This document shows positions 11,708 through 24,239 of a stretch of 64,000 nucleotides of DNA, piece after piece. Position 1 is the first letter of the stretch, and the number at the start of each line of letters is the position of its first letter. The notes beneath the pieces were generated by a model. It was not told where the DNA came from. It was given only the letters and a program-made list of their open reading frames with translations, and ran no database searches. This DNA is from Mobula hypostoma (taxonomy: Eukaryota), in assembly GCF_963921235.1 (NCBI RefSeq), contig NC_086108.1, positions 24,800,001 through 24,864,000 on the forward strand. Direction: 5' to 3'. A program made the position numbers and the translations under genes.

Positions 11708-13871
11708 ATAAGGGAAGTACAATACAGATATATTCCAAACAAGAAGAGATTTTCAAAAGGAAGAAGGACACTACCATGGCTGACAAGTGAAGTCCGAGCC
11801 AAAGTAAAAGCAAAAGAGGGGGCATACAAGGAAGCCAGAGCTAGTGGGAAGATAGAGGATTTGAGAGCTTTTAAAAACTTGCGGAAGGAAACTAAGAAGG
11901 TTATTCAGAAGGAAAAGATGAATTATGAAAGGAAGCTGGCGACTAATATCAAAGAAGTAACTAAGAGCTTTTTTAAGTATATAAAGGGTAAAAGAGAGTC
12001 GAGGGTAGATATAGGACCAATACAAAATGACTCTGGAGATATTTTAATGAGAGATGCAGAGATGGCAGAGGAACTGAATGCGAACTTTGCATCAGTCTTC
12101 ACAGTGAAAGATGTCTGCAGTATACCAGACTTTCAAGAGTGTCAAGGAAATGAAGTTTGTGCAGTGTAAATTATGACTGAGAAGGTGTTCGGGAAGTTTA
12201 ATGGTCTGAGGATGGATAAATCTCCTGGACCTGATGGAATGCACCCTCTGGTTCTGAAGGAAGTAGCTAGAGAGATTGTGGAGGCATTAATGATGATCTT
12301 TCAAGAATCAATAGATTCTGGCATTGTACCAGATGACTGGAAAATTGCAAATGTTACTCCACTATTTAAGAAGGGTGGGAGGCAACAGAAAGGAAGTTAT
12401 AGACCTTTTAGCTTGATATCAGTGGTTGGGAAGTTGATGGAATCAATAGTTAGGGATGAGATTACAGAGTACCTGGAGGTACATTTCAAGACAAGCCAAA
12501 GCCAGCAGATTTCCTGAAAGGAAAATCCTGCCTGACAAACCTACTGCAATTCTTAGAAGAAATTACAAGCAGGGTAGACAAAGGAGATGCAGTAGACGTG
12601 GTGTACTTGGATTTTCAGAAGGCCTTTGACAAGGTGTCACACATGAGGCTGCTTAGAAAGATAAGAGCCCATGGAATTACAGGGAAGTTACTAGCATGGG
12701 TGGAACATTGGCTGGTTGGCAGAAAACAGAGTGGGAATAAAGGGATCCTATTCTGGCTGGCTGCGAGTTAAGAGTGGAGTTCTAAGGGGTCAGTGTTGGG
12801 ACCACTGCTTTTTACGATGTATGTCAATGATTTGGGCTATGGTATAAATGGATTTGTGGCTAAATTTGCCAATGATACAAAGATAGGTGGAGGAGCAAGT
12901 AGAGTTGAGGAAACAGAGAGCCTACGGAGAGACTTAGAAAGTTTAGGGGAATGGGCAAAAAAGTGGCAAATGAAATACAATGTTGGAAAATGTATGGTCA
13001 TGCACTTTGGTGGAAGAAATAAATGGGCAGACTATTATTTATATGGGGAGAGAATTCAAAATGCAGAGATGCAAAGGGACTTGAGAGTCCTTGTGCAAGA
13101 TACCCTAATGGTTAATCTCCAGGTTTAGTTGGTTGTGAAAAAGGCGAATGCAATGTTCGCATTCATTTCTAGAGGTAAAGTATAGAATATAAGAGTAGGG
13201 ATGTGATGTTGAGGCTCTATAAGGTACCCGTGAGACCACACTTGGAGTATTGTGTGCAGCTTTGGGATCTTTATTTTAGAAAGGATGTACTGACATTGGA
13301 GAGGGTTCAGAGAAGATTCACAAGAATGATTCCAGGAATCAAAGGGTTACCATATGAGGAACGTCTGGCAGCTCTTGTACTGTATTCCCAGGAATTCAGG
13401 AGAATGGGGGGATCTCATAGAAACATTCCGAATGTTAAAAAGCCTGAATAGATTAGATGTGGCAAAGTTATTTCCCACGGTAGGGGATTCTAGGACAAGA
13501 GGGCAGGACTTCAGGATTGAAGGACGTCCTTTGGGAACTGAGATGCAGAGAAATTACTTTAGTCAGAGGGTGATAAATCTGTGGAATTTGTTGCCACGTG
13601 CAGCTGTGGAGGCCAAGTCACTGGGTGTATTAGGCAGAGATAGATGGGTTCTTGATTAGACAGGGCATCAAAGGGTATGGGGTGAAAGCAGGGGAGTGCA
13701 GATGACTGGAAGAACTGGATCAGCCCATGATGGAATGGCGGAGCAGACTCAATGGACCAAATGGCCTACTTCTGTTCCTATATCTTCTGGTCTTACATAT
13801 GCAGGGACCTGCTATATCTTATGGTCTTACATAGGCAGGGACCTGCTATATCTTATGGTCTTATATATGCA
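11708..13871 (+). mobile_element. CR1 LINE, 5'-truncated, nested antisense inside another CR1
   Basis: RT fragments 11471-12169 (chimeric start), 12173-12517, 12793-13128 and 13203-13659, then 3'UTR and a tcttatggtctta tail. Confidence 0.92.
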
Positions 13872-14663
13872 TCCACAGCAGTCTGTGGCAGAGCATTCCA
13901 CAGATTCACTACTCTCTGGCTAAAAAAATCCTCTGTACCTCTATTCTGAAAGGTCTCCACTCAATTCAGAGGCTGTGCCCTCTAGTTCTGGATACCCTCA
14001 CCATAGGAAACATCCTCTCCACATCCACCCTATCTAGACCTTTGAACATTCGGTAGGTTTCAATGAGATCCCCCATCCTCCCGCAGTTCTCTAAATTCCA
14101 GTCAGTACAGGCTCAAAGCTGCCATATGCTCCTCATATGTTATCCCCTTTATTCCTGGAATCATCCTCGTGAACCTACTCTGAACTCTCTCCAGTGACAA
14201 CACTTTCTCCAATGACATCCTTTCTGAGATAATAGACCCAACACTGTTGACAATACTCCAACGGCGGCCTGACTAGTGTCTTTTAAAGGCTCGGTATTAT
14301 CTCTTGTGCTTTTATATTCTATTCTCCTTGAAATAAATGCCAACATTGAATTTGTCTTCTTTACCACAGACTCACAGGTAAACCATCTGGGAGTCTTGCA
14401 TGAGGACTCCTAAGTTTTTCTACACCTCTGATGTTTGAATTTTCTCCCTATTTAGATAATAGTCTGCACTATTGTTCCTTTTACCAAAATCGATTATCAT
14501 ACGTTTCCCATTATTATATTCCATCTACCACTTTTTTGCCTGTTCAGCCAATTTATCCAAGTCCTGCTGCAATTGCATAGCTTCCTCAGCACTACCTACC
14601 CCTCCACCTATCTTCGCATCATCCTGGAAATTTTGCCACAAAGCCATCAATTCATAGATAGAA

Positions 14664-16300
14664 GGATAGATAGACATACTTTATTGATCCCGAGGGAAAT
14701 TGGGTTTTGTTACAGTTGCACCAAGCAAGAATAATATGTAAAATATGCCAGATGGAAATAAGTCCAGGACCAGCCTATTGGCTCAGGGCGCCTGACCCTC
14801 CAAGGGAGGAGTTGTAAAGTTTGATGGCCACAGGCAGGAATGACTTCCTATGACGCTCAGTGTTGCATCTCGGTGGAATGAGTCTCTGGCTGAATGTACT
14901 CCTGTGCCCAACCAGTACATTATGTAGTGGATAGGAGACATTGTCCAAGATGGCATGCAACTTGGACAGCATCCTCTTTTCAGACACCACCGTCAGAGAG
15001 TCCAGTTCCATCCCCACAACATCACTGGCCTTATGAATGAGTTTGTTGATTCTGTTGGTGTCTGCTACCCTCAGCCTGCTGCCCCAGCACACAACAGCAA
15101 ACATGATAGCACTGGCCACCACAGACTCGTAGAACATCCTCAGCATCGTCTGGCAGATGTTAAAGGACCTCAGTCTCCTCAGGAAATAGAGACGGCTCTG
15201 ACCCTTCTTGTATTCAGCCTCAGTGTTCTTTGATCAGTCCAGTTTATTGTTAGTTCATATCCCCAGGTATTTGTAATCCTCCACCATGTCCACACTGACC
15301 CCCTGGATGGAAACAGGGGTCACCGGTGCCTTAGCCCTCCTCAGGTCTACCACCAGCTTCTTAGTCTTCTTCACATTAAGCTGCAGATAATTCTGCTCAC
15401 ACCATGTGACAAAGTTTCCCACTGTAGCCCTGTATTCAGTCTCATCTCCCTTGCTGATGCATCCAACTATGGCAGAGTCATCAGAAAACTTCTGAAGATG
15501 ACAAGACTCTGTGCAGTAGTTGAAGTCCGAGGTGTAGATGGTGAAGAGGAAAGGAGACAAGACAGTCCCCTGTGGAGCCCCAGTGCTGCTGATCACTCTG
15601 TCGGACGCAGTGTTGCAAGCACACGTACTGTGGTCTGCCAGTCAGGTAATCAAGAATCCATGACACCAGGAAAGCATCCACCTGCATCGCTGTCAGCTTG
15701 TCCCCCAGAAAAGCAGGGCGGATGGTTTCGAACGACTGGAGAAGTCAAAAAACATGACCCTCGGAGTGCTCGCTGGCTTGTCCAGGTGGGGATAGACACG
15801 GTTCAGCAGGTAGACGATGGCATCCTCAACCCCTAGTCGGGGCTGGTAGGCGAACTGGAGGGGATCTAAGTGTGGCTTAACCATAGGCCGGAGCAGCTCC
15901 AGAACAAGTCTCTCCAGGATCTTCATGATGTGGGAAGTCAATGCCACCGGTCTGTAGTCATTGAAGCCACTGGGGTGCGGCATCTTCGGCACAAGAACGA
16001 GACAGGACACCTTCCACAGCACAGGAAGCCTCTGGAGCCTCAGGCTCCGTTTGAATACATGGTGAAGTACTCCACATAGCTGAGGGGCACAGGCTTTGAG
16101 TACCCTGGTGCTGACACCATCCGGGCCTGCAGCCTTGCTTGGGAGGAGACGTTTCAACTGTCTTCTCACCTGTTCAGCTGTGAAGCCCACCGTGGTGGTT
16201 TCATGTGGGGGAGGGGTGTAGTCATGAGAGCAGAGTGGGGGGCTGTGAGGAGGGGTAAGAGGGAAAGTGGAATATGTTTTGGTTGGGGGCCGACAACAGG
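14664..16300 (-). mobile_element. Rex1/Babar-type LINE, 5'-truncated, nested in CR1
   Basis: ORFs 15693-16190 (KAAGPDG, NDYRPVALTS, LDPLQFAY, FFDFSS), 15255-15596 (GAPQGTVLSP, QKFSDDS) and 14775-15146, with a (TAGA)n-like tail at about 14654-14680; the 3' boundary is approximate. Confidence 0.92.
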
Positions 16301-17685
16301 GCTATTATCTAAATCATTTACAAACAATGTGAAAAGAAGCAGTCCCAATACTGACCACTGCGGAACACCACTAGTCACTGACAGCCAACCAGAAAAGGCT
16401 CCTTTTATTCTCACTCACTGCCTCCTACCTGTCAGCTATTCCAGTATCTTTCCTGTAACACCATAGGATTTTATCTTATTCAGCAGCCTCATGTGTGGCA
16501 CCTTATCAAATGCCTTCTGCAAATCCAAGTAAATGACATCCACTATCCACTCCTTTGTCTACTCTTCTTGTTACCTCCTCAAAGAACTCTAACAGATTTG
16601 TCAGACAAGATCTTGCTTCAGAGAAACCATGCTGACTTTGATTTATTTTATCATTAGCCTCCAAGTACCCTGAAACCTCATCCTTAATAATAGGTTCTAA
16701 CACTTTTCCAACCACTGAGGTTAGGCTAACCAGCCTATAATTTTCTTTCTTTTGCCTTCCTCCTTTAAAGAGTGGAGTGACGTTTGCAATTTTCCAGTCT
16801 TCTGGGACCATGCCAGGATCAAGTGATTCTTGAAAGATCATGACCAATGCATCTGTTATCTCTTTCGCAGCCTCTCTCAGGAGTCTGGAATGTAGTCCAT
16901 CTGATCCAGCAGACTTACCCACCTTAAAACCTTTGAGTTTCCCTAGCACTTTTGTCCTGCTCTCTGACACTCATGGACCTCCAGCACACTACAAGTGTCT
17001 TCCACAGTGAAGACAGATGTAAAGTACCCATTAAGTTCATCTGCCATTTCTTTGGCTCACATTACTATCTCACCAACATCATTTTCCAGTGGTCCAAATT
17101 CAACTCTCACCTCTCTTTTACTCTTTATATAACTGAACAAACTTTAAGTATCCTGCTTGTGTAATTGGCTAGTTTGCCCTCATATCTCACCTTCAAAATC
17201 AGGTTCCAGAATATCAGTAGTAAGAAGAGAAGTTTTTATTTGCCTCATTTTCACTTAGAGAACAACGATTTTACACAAAATGGCTCTCTACTCAAGTACA
17301 GCTCATTTTTAGATAAGAAAATCAAGATCTTTGGAGCCAGTGCAAAACACTGTCACTGAAATAAAAATCAGCAATTACTTTATTGAATGGCAGAGCAAAA
17401 GTGGTCAAAAGATCTACTATTATTTCCAATGTTTTTATATGCTCATCTCCATGATATACACATAGAACTCAAAGCGCTGATCAAATGTGTCAGAAGCACT
17501 TAGTGTGCTCACCGTGCAAAAAATATTTAAAACAAAGATTACAATAATCCCACTTTTACATAATCCCACTGAGAATCAATTCCAGTTAACTAGTGTTTAG
17601 AGATTAATGGAAGAGTTGATTGTCTAAATATAATTTTAGTAACTCAAAAAACAAATGGTTAAAAGCAAACACTTTTAGGTATATG

Positions 17686-18970
17686 TGTTGTGTATTTAAT
17701 ATTTCAGCAATATTTGAGTAATACTGTTAATATATTGTTTGATTGAGCATTATTTGTTTATATAATTCAATACAGGTTATATGTAAAAGTACATGAATGG
17801 CGTACATCATTATGCCCCTACGTCAAATTTGAGCACTTCACATTAGTTGAGCGAGGCAGACACCTTCTCCTTGGATCCCTTGTTTTTCTTTCAATTAATT
17901 TCCGGAGGTACAAAACGTAACAATGGTGATGAATGAACCCAAGATGACTACCTACATACTATAGCATGGCACCATTTTCTTTGGAGGGGAAGATAGAGAT
18001 GTTTGAGTTAAAAAAAAAAGCATGCAGCACATGCGTTTTTGGAAGGGGACAGAGATAAAGTTAAAAAAAGGCAGAAAACAAATGAAATTCACAGATTCAT
18101 AAACAACTAGTACTGGGTGATAAAAATAATAAACTTGTAAAAAAAGCAGAAATAGCTGGCTGTATTAGAAAGGGATAAACGGCTGATGTATATGGAGCAA
18201 CTTGAGCAATATTTGGAAGCAAATGAAATAGCTAATGAGAAAGGAGTTCTAGTTTTGTGAGTATAATAGGTTGAGGAGCAATTTGCCTAGACGTTTAACT
18301 ATTCCAAACAAAACAGACAAAATGTGCTTTGCTGATATCACGAAAGTATGCAGGAGCATTTAGAACTGAAACCATTGTTGGTTGCAGAATGTTTTAGGTT
18401 TCGTAAGCAGCATTAAAAGGAAAGGGTGTCTATTTCAGCATATGTGGCTAAATTGAAGAAGTTGTCTGAGTATTGGCAGTTCAATGATGGGCTTAAAGAT
18501 GCACTGAGGGATAGTTTAGTTGTGGAGTCTTACAAGAAATCATTCAAAAATGGCTCCTAACTGAAGAACAACTTAGGTTCAAAAGTGCAGTTGAAGTAGC
18601 TGTATTAACAGAAACATCACCAAGAAATTCTACTGAGTTGCAGTCAGGAATGGAAGTGAGTGTGAACAAAATTGCAGTGTCTTAACAGAAACTGACCTGG
18701 TCGAACAGATTGTGTATCGTTGTCGCACCAGGCAAATGCAGGTTTAAAAGCAAAAGTTGCAGGAAATGTAACAAAGTAGGACACATATAAAGAGTATGCT
18801 GGGTAGACAAAAGTAAATGTAATGGAAGAGGTAAAGATAAAAAAGCCAAGTTGCAGTTTCAAAAAGAGTACTAATCTGCATGCTGTTGATTAAAAATTTA
18901 TAATGATAAGATTTACAGATGAGTGGGTAGCCTTGAGATTTACAACAAGAAATATGGCTTACACCATACT
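17686..18970 (+). mobile_element. Truncated Gypsy-type LTR retrotransposon: 5' LTR, PBS and decayed gag
   Basis: TG...CA-bounded segment 17686-17922 followed by TGGTGATGA (PBS-like). Frameshifted gag peptides YMEQLEQYLEANEI, KPLLVAECFRFRK, SISAYVAKLKKLSEYWQFNDGLKDALRD and a CCHC knuckle remnant (CRKCNKVGHI..VC) near 18760-18800. Confidence 0.8.
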
Positions 18971-19399
18971 ACAACATAATTGAAGATCCATCCACCATTG
19001 GCATGCCAAATCCCCTGCAGTAGAGTTAACTGAAAGTAAATTAAGAAGGGTACTACATGGTGCCACAGCATAGATATACTCATCTGACCATGCTAGGTAC
19101 TGCATTTTCAGGTAATTTTACATGATTTTTTGACAAAGCAACCACACTTTTTCACTTTTGCAAGACTGCAATTTCATATTTATTTCCCTCTGGACTTAGC
19201 TAAATTTCTCAGTTCCAGAGTGGAAACACAATCTTATGTGCTGGGTTTTTCACATCTGATGTTTGAATGAACCGTAATGCTAAGCTAACAAAATCATATC
19301 TGGAAAAGTGTTCAAATCCAATCAAATCTGTCAAAACATTAGCATCAATAACTTATCAAAGGAAAATTCACAGTATTTAATATGACTTATCATCATACT

Positions 19400-22070
19400 A
19401 AAATCTGGTACCCTAACCAGCTCAAGGCGGGAGGTGGAGGAATTTCTCTGGGAATCCACAGCAATCCCAGTAGGAATCAGGGACTAGAATTCAATTCAAA
19501 AGTCCCCAGCCAAGAATCCCAGCACGAACATGGCAGAGTGCATGAGGCAGGAGTTGCAGGACTTCATCTGCTGCCCCTGGATCAAGTGATATACTCTACA
19601 AGGTATATAAGAAATGCCACAAAACTCCTCCAGAGGTAGTGGAAGATAATGAGGAAGATTTGGACCAAAGGCTTTATTCTATCAAGCTGGAAAATGGCTG
19701 AAGTATGCTTTGTTCTCAAGGAAGAAGATTCCCCCACAATCACCCAGTTTAGGACAACCTCCCTCCTTAGCGTGGAGTGCAAGATATTCTTCTAGGTGCT
19801 TGTGAGAAGGCTGACCTCTTACTTAATGGAGAACTACTATACCAACACATCCATCCAGAAAGGTGGCATCCCAGTTTGATCCGGGTGCCTTGAACTCATC
19901 TCAATAACCAGCCAATTGATCTGCGAGGTCAGGCAGAAGAAAGGTGACCTAACAGTCATTTGGTTAGACCTAGCCAACACCTACGGACCAATTCCACACA
20001 TCCTCACCCAGGTTGGCCTGGACCACTACCGTATCCCACCAGCTACCTAGGAGGATTCAAGTTACATTTCATTTTAGCCTACTTTACTACTAGGTGGCAA
20101 GACCTCCTAAAAAGGATTCCAACCAGCTGTACCATCTCCCCCACCTTGTTTGTCATGGGTATGGACATCCTCATATCAGCAGCAGCAGCAGCAGATGTAA
20201 CCTGAGGCCCAGCACTGGGGCCCAGGATCCGACAACCTGCATTACAGGGGTTCAGGGATGACATCACAGTAACCACGGTAACCCTTATCCAAGCGAAATG
20301 GGTATTGGAAACCCTGGACAATGTAACTACTTGGGTTAGGACGATCTTGGCCAGGAAGTCCAGATGTTTGGTGATCAAAAAGGGCAAGGTTACTAGCAAG
20401 TTCAATCTTCATCTATAGGGAGAAGTCATTCCATGCATAGAGGACAACCCAGTAAAGTGTCTTGGAAAGTGGTTTAATGCAGCAATGATGGACAGCACCA
20501 ACATCACTGACACTGTAAAGCAAATTGAAGAGTGGCTGAAGAAAATTAACAAAACTGGACTCCCTAATAAATTTCAGACAGGATTGTACCAACATGGTCT
20601 TCTGCTAAGGCTGCTCTGGCTTTTCATGATGTATGAGTTCCCCATGACCACTGCAGAAGGCATCAAGAGGAAGGTCAACAAGCACCTATGGAATTGGCTG
20701 GGGATCCCCCCCCCCCCCCCGCGAAGTTTCTCTTCAGTGGGGCTCTACATAAGATCAAGCCAGATACAGCTCCCATTGTCATCGGTAGTGGAGGAGTTCA
20801 AGGTGGCAAAGTGTTGAGTTATGTTAACACTGAGGGGCTCCAATGACAAGCTAATAATCGGGTAGGAGTCACACCAAGGAAGTAAGCAGCCAACTCAGCC
20901 ACAGAGCGGACAGTGAGCTTCCTGGAATTGAGACACATCATCGACAACCCAAGTCTGGGACAGCAAGACACACTTCCAATGATGGGGGAGTGAAAGCGCA
21001 AAGGATAGACGTGTGATGGTCCAGGCAGAGGTATGGAACCGGAAGGACGAAATGCGGTTATCAAAGGCGGTGGAGTTGGGGTCACAGGGCGCCTGGACAA
21101 AATGGGATCTTCACAAGCACAAGATCACTTGGATAGAGCTTTGGAGACAGGAACTCCTCCTTACTTTTTTCCTCCTGTGGTCCATGTATGACACTCTCCC
21201 AACAGCATCACAGCTGCATACATGGTGGCATGGGGCCTGCAAGCTTTGTAGTCAGCGGGGATCACTTGCAAACATACTGTCAGGATGGAAAGCAGCTTTA
21301 ACACAAGGACAGTACAGGTGTCACCACAACAAGGTCCTGCTGTCGCTTGCTGAAACAGTGGAATGGAAGACGTGTAAAAAGAGACCAGCTAGCAGAGAGA
21401 CAAACAGGGCAGTCATTTTGAACAAGGAGAGGGCCACACCGATCATATCAAAGAGGCCTAACTCCAATCTGCTGTAAACTGCCAAATTATGGGAGATGAG
21501 GGTCGATGTGGGGAGCAAGCTGTAGTTCCTGGAGGTGGTGCAAACCACACTTCCACCAGACATCGTACTGTGGTCCACCAAAGATAAGGACGTCATCCTG
21601 GTGGAGCTCGTAGTACCATGGGAGGAAGGATTCGAGAAGGCTCATGAGAGGAAGGCCTTGAAGCACCAGTCCCTAGTCCTGGAGTGTAGGAACAAAGGAT
21701 GGCAGTCGTGGCTATTCCCTGTGGAGATTGGCTGCAGAGGGTTCCCAGCAAGGTCGACATGGAAGTTGCTGTCTGTGCTGGGCCTTGATGAAAAGAGCAA
21801 GAACTAGGTAGCTCGTAGGATGAGGGAGGAAGCAGAAAAAGCCTCTTGCTGGATATGGAGCAGGTGAGTGGAGTTGAGCTGCAAGTCAGGAGCAGATGGG
21901 CAGTGACTTTGCCACCATTGCTTACCCACCTACTGGAGAGTGTAGTGGTTAAGAGTCGAAACACTGTATGAATGTTGGGCACTACCTGATGACATCTGCC
22001 CTTGCTCAAAGACTATAGTTACCTCATCAGGTAACTGAAGAGAGCACCCCGGCATATGATGCAAGATGTA
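19400..22070 (+). mobile_element. Hero-like (restriction-like endonuclease) non-LTR retrotransposon, degenerate
   Basis: RT motifs FRTTSLLSVECK, VIWLDLANTYG, CTISPTLF, FRDD, VKCLGKWF. Zinc knuckle and RHN-like block CKLCSQRGSLANILSG...HHNKVL. RLE motif PDIVLWS...ILVELVVPWEE...PVEIGCRGF (21535-21807). Confidence 0.85.
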
Positions 22071-22974
22071 TGCATAATCAATTGTTATTTGTCCAACTAA
22101 TTCACAGCCAACTGCAGTAATAGATATGTTACCACCAATTTTTCATCTGAGTGCATTTCCTGGTGGGAAGCTCAGACAAGGAACATAGTTTTAGCAATAG
22201 GAGGAATATCTTACCACAGAATTTTGAGAATCTGTAGAATTCTTTATCCCAAGGGCAGAGGCTGTCTATTCTTGAAGGAAAATCAAAGCTAAGTTAGATG
22301 TCTTCTTGCACTGAAGAGGAAATCAATTAAATGACTGAAAGTGAAAGTTGAAGCCAAAGACTAGATTAGCCATGATCCTACCAAAGGACAGAGTATATTT
22401 GACCTTTCTTATTTTTGGTTTAATGCATCTTATAGGATAAATGATGCTCTAAATTTGGAAGAGCAAAATCAGTCATTACACTATAATTTTTAAAAATTAT
22501 TACACTGAATATAATTCAATATAATCAATAACAGATATCAATCTATATTATTTGTTGACATTCAAGCACTGCTGCCTTAGTTCACTTTAATAATAAACTA
22601 GATGTCCGTAGCAAACTGATACTTTTTCAGCGGCAAACTTAAATCAATTGAGTGTTTCATATGAAATTATATTAGTTCAGTTCAAACAAGTTTCCCAAAC
22701 TTAAGATTAATTTACATTGGCATGGCATTATGTTTCCCAATACTTATGATCTCTTCAGTTGATTTCATCTTCCACAGTTTGGAATTTGATCTCATTTTCT
22801 TTGTTTGCTTTGACATATGTATTCATATAGGATATGATATTCATATTTTTCACTGACTGCACAAGTAATTCAACAATCTTACTTGACAAGACCAGGCAAT
22901 AAATATCACAGTGAGAAGAACCATATGTGGGGACGAAAAACAGCAGTGATTCAGAATTAACTCATATTATTTAT

Positions 22975-23130
22975 TTGTTATTTATTGAGACAGCATGGAA
23001 TAAGGCCTTCTGGCCATTCAAACCACACCGCGAGCAACCCACGATTTAACCCTAGCCTAATCACGGGACAAATTACAATGACCAACTAACCTACCAACCA
23101 GTATGTCTTTGGACTGTGGAGGGAAATGAA
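22975..23130 (-). mobile_element. V-SINE/HE1-like SINE 3' fragment
   Basis: Reverse strand reads tttccctccacagtccaaagacatactggttggtaggttagttggtcattgtaa, then a CR1-like tail. A related plus-strand fragment lies at about 24772-24905. Confidence 0.6.
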
Positions 23131-24239
23131 TAATATGGAATCAGATTTGCTGAAAACTAAAGTGTGACACAAATTTTATTAAGATTATTCATGTATGTAC
23201 TGTAATAACTCTTATTTAATCTCCCCTGCACTCAGTCTACAGTTTTCATATCAGAAGTTATTACATTACTTTGTCAAATGAAATAAGACTGACCAAGCTA
23301 ACAAAGAAAAATATCTCCAAAACTACCTGCATTTCATATTTCAACACCTGTAAAACAATGTGTCCTTTTCCATTATACATGTCTAGTTAGACCACCTAAT
23401 AAACATCTCATAATATTTAAGCACGTAAAAAAAAGAGTGGCTGTAACAATCCCAAATTGGCTTGGGATAAATTAAATAGATTAAAGCTGCTTGCTTTCAG
23501 AGACACACAAATAAATGCTGAATTTTTATTTACCAGATTTTCAGAAATAAGGAAGTGAGCAAATTAAATTCACCAGAGTTTGAAACTCTGGAGCAATGAA
23601 GTGATTAATAACCTATATAGTAAGCAGGGTCAGAATGAGGGTTATTATCATTGTCTTGATGATGTGAAACTTATTTTTTTGTGTAGCAGTGCAGGGAAAA
23701 GACAAAACTACTATAAAATATGGAAGAAATAAATAGTGCAAATAAAAAAGGAATTATGTGGTAGCATCGGTGGGTTCATTCAGAAATCTTATAACAGAAT
23801 GTAGTGGGTCTTCATGCTTCTGTACCTCCTCCCTGATGGTAATAACAAGAGAGCATACCTCCTTCAGTGCTGATTTCCTCTTGACAATCACTGCATATTA
23901 TTGGAATGCCACGTAAATAAAACTACACCTTTAGTTTGAAGATTGAAGATTAAGCCAATAATGGAAATAATGGGAATGGGACACCAAAAGCCCTCAGTGA
24001 ATAACCATTTAACAATCTATTTTCTTAAGCAAGATGATTTAACAATCAACATAATGAGGAAAGGTAAATTGGAACCGAATAATGGCCAATTAAAACAAAA
24101 AACTGAAAAAAAAATTGTAGATCAAAAGAAAGCTGCTTGTAAAGTTTCACGAAAGTATTTTAATGTTGGTGGGAATGGAATTTCTGTGTTTTAATTGAGG
24201 GGACAAGTAGGATTATATTACAGAGCACTGAAAAACTGT

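Larger units (their letters stand above)
11530..17190 (-). mobile_element. CR1 LINE split into three pieces (11530-11707, 13872-14663, 16301-17190) by two younger insertions
   Basis: 3' tail and UTR at 11530-11707. Sequence resumes colinearly after 13871, and again after 16300 (aagccatcaattc | tattatctaaatcatt). RT ORFs 14161-14367, 16166-16414 and 16506-16970. Confidence 0.88.

Noticed and set aside
11471..12169. 232-aa ORF with a novel-looking N-terminus
   Set aside because: Chimeric read-through of an antisense CR1 3'UTR into the nested sense CR1 ORF2; not a gene.
23573..23591. Inverted repeat CCAGAGTTT-G-AAACTCTGG
   Set aside because: 9-bp arms are expected by chance in a window of this size (about 64000/4^9, roughly 0.24, per spacer length).
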